This document shows, in pieces, positions 30,801 to 39,210 of a stretch of DNA of 64,000 nt. A program made the translations under genes and the position numbers. Positions within the stretch are counted from its first letter, which is position 1; every line of letters starts with the position of its first letter. The notes under the pieces are model-generated. The model saw nothing but the letters and a program-made list of their open reading frames with translations, ran no database searches and was not told where the DNA came from. Source of the stretch: an uncultured Rhodothermaceae bacterium (GTDB lineage Bacteria > Bacteroidota > Rhodothermia > Rhodothermales > JAHQVL01); assembly GCA_964525535.1 (NCBI GenBank), contig CAZGHT010000012.1, positions 3,040 through 67,039 of the forward strand, written 5' to 3'.

Positions 30801-30926
30801 CAGATGTTACGCGCCAGGGGCACAAATAAACGGCACAACCCACGTTCGTCCTTTGGCACCAAAGTTGACTAAAGCGTGTATACATTCATCCTGATCATTC
30901 GTTTACTATAACAGATGTTACGCGCC
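30801..30926. repeat. Exact 15-bp direct repeat CAGATGTTACGCGCC (30801-30815, 30912-30926) in a divergent spacer
   Basis: Both copies read directly from the sequence, 111 bp apart. Confidence 0.7.
30854..30868 (+). promoter_or_regulatory. Possible sigma-54-like promoter upstream of the ompA-like gene
   Basis: TGGCAC-N5-TTGA; -24/-12 spacing is correct, but -12 reads GA rather than GC. Confidence 0.3.
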
Positions 30927-31030
30927 GGATGCGCATACGTGTTGCCAGAGCGGCTTTACACGGTTGCAAAGCCGCGTAAACCAGGCTGCTGTGCACCGTT
31001 CGCGTAACGCCACTACTATAAAATAAAGCC

Positions 31031-31720
31031 ATGAAACCTATACAGACTATAAAACCTATCCCGCATGCGATCCCGATCGGCGCTCTCCTGTTGATCGTGG
31101 TATTGTTGTCGGGTTGCGCCAATGCCAGCAATACGGGTAAAGGGGCGGCGATTGGCGCCGGCGCCGGCGCCGCCGTCGGCGCTATCATCGGCAAAGCGAC
31201 CGGAAAAACTGCAACGGGCGCCATCATCGGGGCGGCTGTCGGAGGCACCGCAGGCGCCATCATCGGACGACAGATGGACAAACAAGCCGAAGAACTGGAG
31301 CAAGAACTGGAAGGGGCATCGGTAGAACGTGTGGGCGAAGGCATTCAGGTCACATTCGACTCTGCCATTTTGTTCGAAGTGAACTCCTATTCGTTATCGC
31401 CTGACGCCAGGCTCAACCTGGCAGAACTGGGCGCCAGCCTGAGAGAGTACCCCAACACCGACGTTATGATTGCCGGACATACCGACAGTACAGGCCCCGA
31501 AGACTACAACCGGCAGCTCTCTGAACAGCGCGCCGATGCAGCAGCCACGCTTCTCGTGCGCGAAGGCGTCGACGCCAGCCGGATCAGCATCGTCGGACAC
31601 GGTGAGAGCCAACCTGTTGCCTCCAATGACACGAACTTCGGCAGACAACAGAACCGGAGGGTAGAAGTAGCCATCTACGCTTCAGAAGAATACAGAGCCG
31701 AGCTGGAAAGCAATCAATAA
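31031..31720 (+). CDS. OmpA-family lipoprotein with glycine zipper
   Basis: Lipobox LSGC; GAAIGAGAGAAVGAIIG zipper; GHTDSTG, LSEQRA, NRRVE motifs. Confidence 0.92.
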   Translation: MKPIQTIKPIPHAIPIGALLLIVVLLSGCANASNTGKGAAIGAGAGAAVGAIIGKATGKTATGAIIGAAVGGTAGAIIGRQMDKQAEELEQELEGASVERVGEGIQVTFDSAILFEVNSYSLSPDARLNLAELGASLREYPNTDVMIAGHTDSTGPEDYNRQLSEQRADAAATLLVREGVDASRISIVGHGESQPVASNDTNFGRQQNRRVEVAIYASEEYRAELESNQ

Positions 31721-31997
31721 AGGTCGGGAGATTATCGTTCTGTGAAAATTTTAAGCTGAATAGCAACTTGATCGTCCCTCGGGGGTCATACGAACGTACC
31801 CGCCAGAGAACAACTCGGGCTATCTATCCAGACCACGTAGACACAAAACGCACTGCTTTCTCTTGAAGAAGTTCTCCTGCTGCTGTATTTTTGTGTTCTA
31901 ACATTTTTCTGGCCGATGCCATCACGCCCCGACAGAAACGGTCAACTGCTTAGCTAGCAACCATCAAATTTGTTCACCAAACCTAGATGTGGAGGTT

Positions 31998-32879
31998 ATG
32001 AATCCTACTAAAAGCGCACTAACGCGTATATCCAGATTCGCAGTACCCACCCTTCTTTTATTCGTATTAGTCGCTCTGCCTTCTGTTGCTCAAGAGACTA
32101 AGACCGTGATCAAAGAAGGTCAGGATCACAAAATCAAGTATAACGAAGCTCTCGAGTTCGCCAAGAACAAACAGATTAATCAGGCCTACGACGCTTTCTC
32201 GGAAGCCGCAGAGCTGGCCGAGGCCGCCGGCGATACGGACATCGTCGATCGCTCCATGAAAATCATGGCGCAGATCGACTACCGCAGAGGCGTTCAGGCC
32301 TACAAGAACGAGGATTACGCGGGATCTTTAGCCGAGCATCAGAAAGGCATCGAGCACTTTAATGACTACGTGCCCAACCACTATGGCAAAGCCAAAGCAT
32401 TCCAGAAGATGGATCGCTTCGATGAAGCGCTGCCGATTTTTCAGGCCGTAATGCAGATGGACGACCGCAAATCTGCGAACCTGGCTGAGAAAACCCTGCG
32501 TGATCATTACGTGTACATTGCGTCAAGCGCCTTGAGCAGCAACGGCAGCACGCCGAATCGAACCAATGCGCAAACCGCTTTAGACGCCCTCGAAGAACTC
32601 GAACTGTACGTCGAACCCGATGCGGATGTGTACTACTACCGCGCTGAAGCGCACAAAGCGCTCGGCCAGTACGGCGAAGCCATCGAGATGGCCGACCAGG
32701 CCCTCGCTCTTCATAAAAGCAGCCGGTCCGACAAAGCCAAAATTTACTTTGTCAAAGGGGAAGCCTTGATGTTCCAGGGCAATAATACCGAGGCTACCGA
32801 CGCCTTTACCAACGCGTTATTCGGCGACTATAAAGCGCTGGCCCAGCATTACCTGGACGAACTCGGTTCCTCTGGCTGA
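31998..32879 (+). CDS. Exported tetratricopeptide-repeat protein
   Basis: GGAGG directly upstream of ATG 31998; signal peptide; TPR-like helices (YYYRAEAHKALGQYGEAI, YFVKGEALMFQGN). Confidence 0.8.
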   Translation: MNPTKSALTRISRFAVPTLLLFVLVALPSVAQETKTVIKEGQDHKIKYNEALEFAKNKQINQAYDAFSEAAELAEAAGDTDIVDRSMKIMAQIDYRRGVQAYKNEDYAGSLAEHQKGIEHFNDYVPNHYGKAKAFQKMDRFDEALPIFQAVMQMDDRKSANLAEKTLRDHYVYIASSALSSNGSTPNRTNAQTALDALEELELYVEPDADVYYYRAEAHKALGQYGEAIEMADQALALHKSSRSDKAKIYFVKGEALMFQGNNTEATDAFTNALFGDYKALAQHYLDELGSSG

Positions 32880-32928
32880 TTCTGGTCTGAATCCCCCTCA
32901 GACAACACCTGATACGGCACAGTGTACG

Positions 32929-32981
32929 GGCCTGCGTTGTAGTATTACGAGTTGAAGTAGTACTACGGCGCAGGCCTTTTT
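32929..32981 (+). terminator. Intrinsic terminator with a 20-bp stem
   Basis: GGCCTGCGTTGTAGTATTAC-gagttgaa-GTAGTACTACGGCGCAGGCC then TTTTT; three G-U pairs favour the + strand. Confidence 0.8.
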
Positions 32982-33208
32982 CATGACTCCTCCTCGCTGG
33001 ACGCGGCGGATGCAGCCGCAGGACGTCCGCAACATCACTGAAAAAATCAAGAATCCATACGCAACTACGAGCGTATAGGACGTGGTTTTTGCAATTCTTA
33101 CGATGATTCTGAATGGCGGTGTTTCTGGAAGTCTGAATTACCGTCTCCACGTCGCATCCTCAACGGGATCAGCTAATTATTTCGAGGAAACAAGGAGGAT
33201 CTTACCAT

Positions 33209-33979
33209 ATGGCGATTTCGTCGCACGTTGCTCTGGACCCAAACGCTTCGATAGGGAAAGATACAACGCTAGGTGCATTCTGCGTCATCGAAGAAGGCGT
33301 CCACATTGGGGACGGCTGCAGGATAGGCCACCACGTCGTCATCCACGCAAACACCCGTATCGGAGACGGAGTCCGCATCGACGATCACACCACGATAGGG
33401 AAGCAGCCGATGCGTTCGGCCAACAGCGTGGTTACGTCTGATGCCATGCAGCCTCCGGCGCGCATCGGCGCTGGAGCTTTGATCGGCGCCAGCGTGGTGA
33501 TCTACGCCGGCTGCGTTCTGGGGGAGCGGGTTCTGGTTGCCGATCTGGCCACGATCCGGGAGGAGGTCACGGTCGGGGATTTCACGATCGTGGGCCGCAA
33601 CGTGGCCATAGAGAACAAGTGCACGGTGGGTCGCTATTGCAAGCTCGAAACCAACGCCTATCTTGCGGCTTTTTCGACGCTGGAAGATCGCGTCTTCGTT
33701 GCCCCCGGCGTATTGACGAGCAACGACAACTTCGTGGGTCGTACTGCAGAACGCTTCAAACACTTCAAAGGAATAACCGTGAAACGAGGGGGGCGCCTGG
33801 GTGTCGGGGCCGTTGTCTTGCCTGGCCTGACGGTCGCTGAAGATACGCTCGTGGCCGCCGGGGCGCTGATCACGAAAGACACCGCGCCAAACCTGATCTA
33901 TGCAGGAATACCCGCACGAAAGTTTAGCCCCGTACCGGAAGAACAGAAATTAGAGAATCAGGGCTGGGAGGACGCCTGA
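33209..33979 (+). CDS. Hexapeptide-repeat N-acetyltransferase, WbpD/WlbB-like
   Basis: Extensive [LIV]GxxxX hexapeptide repeats, LEDRVFVAPGV, GIPAR; first gene of a sugar-modification trio. Confidence 0.82.
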   Translation: MAISSHVALDPNASIGKDTTLGAFCVIEEGVHIGDGCRIGHHVVIHANTRIGDGVRIDDHTTIGKQPMRSANSVVTSDAMQPPARIGAGALIGASVVIYAGCVLGERVLVADLATIREEVTVGDFTIVGRNVAIENKCTVGRYCKLETNAYLAAFSTLEDRVFVAPGVLTSNDNFVGRTAERFKHFKGITVKRGGRLGVGAVVLPGLTVAEDTLVAAGALITKDTAPNLIYAGIPARKFSPVPEEQKLENQGWEDA

Positions 33980-33984
33980 ATCGT

Positions 33985-35115
33985 ATGAACCCAATAAGAA
34001 TGGTCGACCTTCATGGTCAATACCTCGCGATCAAAGACGAAATTGACGGAGCCATCCAGTCGATACTGGATACGACGCAATTTATCAAAGGAAAACCCGT
34101 GTTGGAATTCGAGACTGCGCTCTCCACGTATCTCAGCTGTTTCCAGGCGGTAGGCGTAGCGAATGGAACGGATGCGCTTCAGATTGCCTTCATGGCGCTC
34201 GGGATTCGTCCCGGCGACGAAGTGATCACCCCTGCCTTTACGTTCGTAGCTACGGCAGAGGCTGCCGCCCTGGTGGGGGCGACTCCCGTGTTCGCGGATA
34301 TCGACCCGAGAACGTACAATGTGGACCCGTCACACGTCGAAGCACTGATCACCCCCCGTACCAAAGCGATTGTGCCGGTGCATCTGTTCGGTCAATCGGC
34401 GGACCTGGATGCCATAATGGACATTGCAAACCGTTCGGGTATCACTGTCGTCGAGGATGCTGCTCAGGCCATCGGTGCAACCTATAAGGGTCAGAAGATC
34501 GGCAGCATGGGTCAGTTGGGCACCCTGTCGTTCTTCCCTTCGAAAAATCTAGGCGCCTATGGCGACGGGGGAGCCATCCTCTCCAATGACGAAGAGCTCA
34601 TCCAACATGCGCGCATGATCGCAAATCACGGATCGAAGAAGAAGTATTTCAATGAAATTGTCGGGGTCAACAGCCGGCTCGATGCGCTCCAGGCCGCTAT
34701 CCTGAAAGTGAAACTCAAGTATCTGGATCGGTACATCGATGCCCGACGCAAAGCCGCGCAACGATACGACGTACTTCTGGCGGATCAGGAAGAAATCACA
34801 ACGCCCTATACAGATCCGGATTGTGAACACGTCTTCCATCAATACACCATACGGGTTCCACGGCGTGACGCGTTATCGGCTTACCTGAAGGAGCAGCAGA
34901 TACCGCATGCCATTTACTACCCGGTGCCCTTACACCGTCTTCCTGTTTTTGCTGAAGCCTACAAGAATATCACGTTGCCCGAAACGGAACGAGCGGCAAC
35001 GGAGGTGCTCTCTCTCCCCATGCATACCGAGCTCACCGACGAACAGCAAGAATACATCGTAGATCGTATCGTGCGTTTCTTGAAGGGCGAATCGGTAAGC
35101 ATCGCCGCATCCTGA
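33985..35115 (+). CDS. DegT/DnrJ/EryC1/StrS sugar aminotransferase, WbpE-like
   Basis: VANGTDAL, VHLFGQ, EDAAQAIGA, SFFPSKNLGAYGDGG, NSRLDALQAA. Confidence 0.9.
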   Translation: MNPIRMVDLHGQYLAIKDEIDGAIQSILDTTQFIKGKPVLEFETALSTYLSCFQAVGVANGTDALQIAFMALGIRPGDEVITPAFTFVATAEAAALVGATPVFADIDPRTYNVDPSHVEALITPRTKAIVPVHLFGQSADLDAIMDIANRSGITVVEDAAQAIGATYKGQKIGSMGQLGTLSFFPSKNLGAYGDGGAILSNDEELIQHARMIANHGSKKKYFNEIVGVNSRLDALQAAILKVKLKYLDRYIDARRKAAQRYDVLLADQEEITTPYTDPDCEHVFHQYTIRVPRRDALSAYLKEQQIPHAIYYPVPLHRLPVFAEAYKNITLPETERAATEVLSLPMHTELTDEQQEYIVDRIVRFLKGESVSIAAS

Positions 35116-35182
35116 TCGCATGTTCGAAACACGCACCGGGAACATTAACTAGCGACCTTCTGAAGTAGAACCTCCAAATCGA

Positions 35183-36217
35183 GTGACTGAAACAGACAAA
35201 AAAATCGGCATCGCTCAGGTCGGCATCGGCTATTGGGGCAAAAATCTGTTGCGCAATTTCATGGCTGTGCCTGAAGCTGAAGTGCTGCAAATCTGCGACC
35301 AGGACGAAGACCTCCTCCGGTCGTTATGCCAGCAGTACCCCGGTGTGTCCACGACGACTCGTTTCGGCGACGTATTGAACAATCGGGAAGTAGAAGCGAT
35401 CATAGTATCGACGCAGACGCCGCTCCATTATCAATTTGCCAGGGCGGCCCTCGAAGCTGGCAAACATGTATTCGTCGAGAAACCCTTATCGCAACGCAGG
35501 GAAGAGGCGGAGCACCTGGTCCGCCTTGCGGAGTCGAACGATCTTCGGCTCATGGTAGGTCACTTGCTTCTGTATCATCCGGCATTTACGTACGTCGAGG
35601 ACCTGATCCACCGGGGCGAACTGGGAGATGTCCGGTATTTGTACAGTGTTCGCGTGAATCTCGGCATTATACGACAGAAGGAGAATGCATTCGAAAGCCT
35701 GGCTCCTCACGATCTGTCGCTGGCCTTACTTTTCCTCCATTGCGCTCCCCTGGCTGTTTCGGCAACGGGTCAGTCGTTCCTGCAGGAAGGTGTAGAAGAC
35801 GTCGTCTTCGCCTCTGTATTTTTCGAGGGGGGTAAGATGGCGCACCTGCACACGAGTTGGCTCGACCCTCACAAGATCAGGAAGGTCACCGTCGTGGGCA
35901 GCAAAAAAATGGCGGTGGTGGACGACATGCAGGGCAACGAGAAGGTGCGGCTGTACGACAAGGGGGTCGATCTCCAGCCAGGAGAGTCACAGCCCTACGC
36001 TAACTACGCAGAGGCCATGTCGCTCCGGACTGGAGATATCGTCATTCCGAAAATCAATATGCAAGAGCCGCTTCGATCAGAATGCCAGCATTTCATTCAC
36101 TGCCTTATCGAGGGAAAAACGCCTCGTTCGGACGGCAGAAACGGCCTTATGGTCGTGCGCATGCTGGAAGCCGCCCAGAAGTCTCTCGCCGAAGGAGGCG
36201 TTCAGATCGAGATATGA
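35183..36217 (+). CDS. Gfo/Idh/MocA oxidoreductase (putative nucleotide-sugar 3-dehydrogenase)
   Basis: GIGYWG, GKHVFVEKP, LAPHD, SWLDPHKIR; GTG start. Confidence 0.85.
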   Translation: MTETDKKIGIAQVGIGYWGKNLLRNFMAVPEAEVLQICDQDEDLLRSLCQQYPGVSTTTRFGDVLNNREVEAIIVSTQTPLHYQFARAALEAGKHVFVEKPLSQRREEAEHLVRLAESNDLRLMVGHLLLYHPAFTYVEDLIHRGELGDVRYLYSVRVNLGIIRQKENAFESLAPHDLSLALLFLHCAPLAVSATGQSFLQEGVEDVVFASVFFEGGKMAHLHTSWLDPHKIRKVTVVGSKKMAVVDDMQGNEKVRLYDKGVDLQPGESQPYANYAEAMSLRTGDIVIPKINMQEPLRSECQHFIHCLIEGKTPRSDGRNGLMVVRMLEAAQKSLAEGGVQIEI

Positions 36218-36251
36218 CGGGCCGCCTGGAGCCTGTCTGGCAGCCTTTCGT

Positions 36252-38519
36252 TCATTGCTGAACCACAACCGTACGTGTCCATATTTCCTCTCCAACAGCG
36301 ACGCGAATCAGATAAAAGCCGGAGACGACTTTCCTACCGGAATGGTCTACCCCGGCCCAATGGATCTGATGTTGGCCGGCCGGCATGGGTAAGAGACGCG
36401 ACGGTATCACCTTTTGCCCCAGCACATTGAATACGTCTACCTGCACTTCATCGTCCCGGTGCAATACGAGCGGGATACGGAGAGATCGGCCCTCTTCGTG
36501 GACGTACGGATTGGGAAAAGGGGTGCCCAACGTGGGGTATAATGCGTCCACTTCTTCGCCTGCATTCTCATGATAACCCTCCCAGCCCACCACCAGCCGC
36601 TGGCGCTCTTCTCCGACAGCCACGCCCGATTGGAAGGATATATCCCGGTTTTCTTCGAAACCGAGCAAGTGCACGAGTGGGTATTTCCCTGCGGGCAGCG
36701 CGCCACCGTCCATTCGTACCCCCAACACCCTCAACTGCCCCGTCCACACGTCATGGTGTATCTGGGCGGAAAAATCCGGCGAGATATCTGAGGCGACCTG
36801 CGCCTCACCGGCGCCATTGAGCAACAGAGCTCCCTGGATAGCCCGAACGGGTATCGACGTTTGAAGATACAGGACGCCGTTCCCGGCTCCACCGTCGACC
36901 CCCAGCTGAATTTCGTCAGACCCGACGGGGTTTTTTCGTAAGAGATGGGCGACAACGTTCGAAGTCGACGCGATCTGAACGTCGTCGGGCCACGCCCCCA
37001 GTAGAATGGCCTGAACGACAACCGTGAGATCTCGAACGTCCAGGGCCCCATCCGGCGCTTCGAAAGGGAAGAGATCCAGGCTGGTGAGCTGTCCAGAACC
37101 TGGATTCTCGACGCCCAGCACGTAGTCGATGCCGAAAACGAGATCGACGACATCTACGGCGCCATCCAGGTTGGCATCGCCTCGCCCCCCAATTCCCACC
37201 CCTGCTGCCGGCACCTCGCTCTGCCCGCCAGGCGCATTATGAACAAACGAAAGCGTAGCGGTTTGTCCTCCGAAATCGACAAAAGTAGGCGCATAGGTAA
37301 CCACGAACGGCTGCGTCCCGCCCGGATCGACGGTGGCCGTCGCTGGCGTGATGGAGAACACCGGACTGGAACTCGACACATCGGTAATGACCAGCGGAGC
37401 GCTCCCTGAATTCGAAACGACGAGCTGTTGGTCCGGGGCAGTATCCACCCGGACCGCGCCAAAATCGAGGGAGGAGGGGGCTACATCAAATGACGCATCT
37501 CCCGTGGCGAGGCTGATTACATGACTGGAGGCTCCTCGGATGAGCTGAGCGTCGTCCCCCGTTCGGACGGCGAGCGAACCGAGGACGGTTTCCAGGGTGA
37601 CTACAGCCTCCAGTTCAGGGGTTGCCGTCTCCAGCGAGAACCGGAGCGTCATGAGCGGATCGTAGGCCCCCTCGGGGAGCGCACCGCCCTGAATGCCGAG
37701 AAGAACGATCTGCGATTGGGTCTCCCCTCCGGCGAAAGAAAGGCTCCACTCGTCGGAATCCGAAATGGCGGAACCCGCCTCGACCGCGATGAGGTCCAGC
37801 GCAGCCACGTCCCAGCTGATTTCCATTTGGAGCCCCTGCAGCGACTCACTGCGCACAAAATCGAGAGAGACAGGAACATCAACGGTATTCGTGCTCGGGT
37901 CGAGGGTGCTGCTGGAGGCAGAAAAGGCAACGACACTATTGCCGGAGGTAGGATCGCCCTCACCGGTCACACTGAAATCGTCGATGCGAATGTTGGCCCC
38001 GGATGTGCTGCCTCCGAGGGCGACAAACATGAATACGACCTGAGACTGGCCGGCGAGCGACTGAGGGATCGGCATAGAGACCAATTCGTAGCTGCTTCCC
38101 ACCGCGGGAAGCGCCTGCCCCCGATCTAGAAGAACAACTGGAAACGTGGCCCCTCCATCCACCGAGGCCAGCACGAGAAGGCTGTCGACCTCATAGGTTG
38201 ACGTTCGCCGGGCCAGGTACTCGACGGAGCCCGAAGTGAGCCCCTGCAGATTGATCAACGGAGATCGCACACTGTCTCGCTCCGATCCCGAAACCGTGAG
38301 GTTGTTTTCCCCTGAGCCTGGAGAAGCGACACTGGTGCTCGTAGACCAGTTGCCTTCTGTACTCAGCCAGTTGGCAGGCAACACCGGCGGCGCCGCAGCG
38401 TCGAAGTCTTCGAAAAAGAAACGGCTCGCAGCCTGCCCCAGGGCCGGCTGAGATAGAACCGGCAGCGTACCAAACAGAATGAGGCATAGAATGGGAACCC
38501 AATCGGGTAGGTGTTTCAT
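36252..38519 (-). CDS. Secreted multidomain protein: adhesin/jelly-roll-like, cohesin-like, ASH/choice-of-anchor-D-like, dockerin-like and FlgD/T9SS-type C-terminal domains
   Basis: Signal peptide; FFEDFD...RIDDFSVTG; VDVPVSL..GLQMEISWD; PSSLDFGAV..SNSGSAPLVI; GDANLDGAVDVVDL and DGALDVRDL; PFPNPY..FNVLGQKV..SGFYLIRV. Start could be 38519, 38531 or 38561. Confidence 0.78.
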   Translation of the reverse strand: MKHLPDWVPILCLILFGTLPVLSQPALGQAASRFFFEDFDAAAPPVLPANWLSTEGNWSTSTSVASPGSGENNLTVSGSERDSVRSPLINLQGLTSGSVEYLARRTSTYEVDSLLVLASVDGGATFPVVLLDRGQALPAVGSSYELVSMPIPQSLAGQSQVVFMFVALGGSTSGANIRIDDFSVTGEGDPTSGNSVVAFSASSSTLDPSTNTVDVPVSLDFVRSESLQGLQMEISWDVAALDLIAVEAGSAISDSDEWSLSFAGGETQSQIVLLGIQGGALPEGAYDPLMTLRFSLETATPELEAVVTLETVLGSLAVRTGDDAQLIRGASSHVISLATGDASFDVAPSSLDFGAVRVDTAPDQQLVVSNSGSAPLVITDVSSSSPVFSITPATATVDPGGTQPFVVTYAPTFVDFGGQTATLSFVHNAPGGQSEVPAAGVGIGGRGDANLDGAVDVVDLVFGIDYVLGVENPGSGQLTSLDLFPFEAPDGALDVRDLTVVVQAILLGAWPDDVQIASTSNVVAHLLRKNPVGSDEIQLGVDGGAGNGVLYLQTSIPVRAIQGALLLNGAGEAQVASDISPDFSAQIHHDVWTGQLRVLGVRMDGGALPAGKYPLVHLLGFEENRDISFQSGVAVGEERQRLVVGWEGYHENAGEEVDALYPTLGTPFPNPYVHEEGRSLRIPLVLHRDDEVQVDVFNVLGQKVIPSRLLPMPAGQHQIHWAGVDHSGRKVVSGFYLIRVAVGEEIWTRTVVVQQ

Positions 38520-38684
38520 GGTCGTATTCATCCTTTGAGTGTAACAATGGGAAACACTCACATAGACGAAAACGCCACCTACACATACCTCTATATAAAC
38601 AGGTCCGGGCCGTTCCTATCAATCACTGCACGGCCGATGAGACTCGAACGGTAGAGTGGGAACAGGTACGCGTTGTCCGAGGAA

Positions 38685-39190
38685 GATAAACTGCGCAACG
38701 TGAGCCCCCGGGTGGAGGCTCACGCAGATTGATGCAATTGCGCAGTTTATCAAGGCTTAAGGAACTCCTATGTACCATAATCCTCAAAAAAATGCCACTT
38801 ACATTTAGCGCGTTCCTCCTCATCCATTGAGGAGTCCCCCTCGGGCACAACGGGAGCACTATCCAGAAAGGGATATGCCCCGGGGAGCTACTCCACTTAT
38901 ATCTCTGCATGACCTCAAGCCCCCCCTTGAAGCAATGCTCTCTGGCGTAGGGGTACAGGGGGTACGATGCCGGCCAGCGCAATCAAGGACAACATCCTGT
39001 ACCCAGCGCCCTGAAACCTGAGCCCTGCATCCGGTTTCAGATTCACTATTCCATTCGTCTCCGATATTCATCGCCTTCCCCTGTCACGTCAACCATTCAT
39101 CACAAAGTAGACATGAGTGACTGCGGGGCACAGTTATTATAAACATGCAAAACCCGATAAGCGCGCTATCCGGGTTATTCCATGTTTATT
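38685..39190. ncRNA. Candidate structured RNA or long leader (cluster of hairpins) upstream of susC
   Basis: At least six inverted repeats, including a perfect 14-bp stem at 38685-38698/38738-38751; no convincing ORF; no family recognised. Confidence 0.35.
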
Positions 39191-39210
39191 AATGTTAGAG
39201 GAATATAAAG

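Noticed and set aside
31140-31270. GGCGCC-rich repeats in the ompA-like gene
   Set aside because: Explained by the Gly/Ala zipper coding sequence.
31863-31893. Bacteroidota-type promoter TTG-N20-TAnnTTTG upstream of the TPR gene
   Set aside because: A single short match, and it is uncertain that this lineage uses that sigma-factor consensus.
38784-38797. Sigma-54-like TGGCA-T7-GA on the minus strand
   Set aside because: GG to -12 spacing is 9 nt rather than the required 10.
38655-38800. Cobalamin riboswitch resemblance (GGGAAcaGGT...CGCAACGTGA, GCCACT)
   Set aside because: Spacing and pairing do not fit, and the B12-box and GGGAAG elements are missing; an Rfam scan would be needed to overturn this.
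38881-38953. TPP riboswitch resemblance (GGGGAGC...CCCTTGAA...AATGC...GCGTAGGG)
   Set aside because: Lacks the conserved UGAGA and CCUGAU core needed for ligand binding.
38623-39071. Short ORFs in the spacer (119, 64 and 70 aa)
   Set aside because: They overlap each other, show no recognisable motif or RBS, and lie over hairpin-rich sequence.
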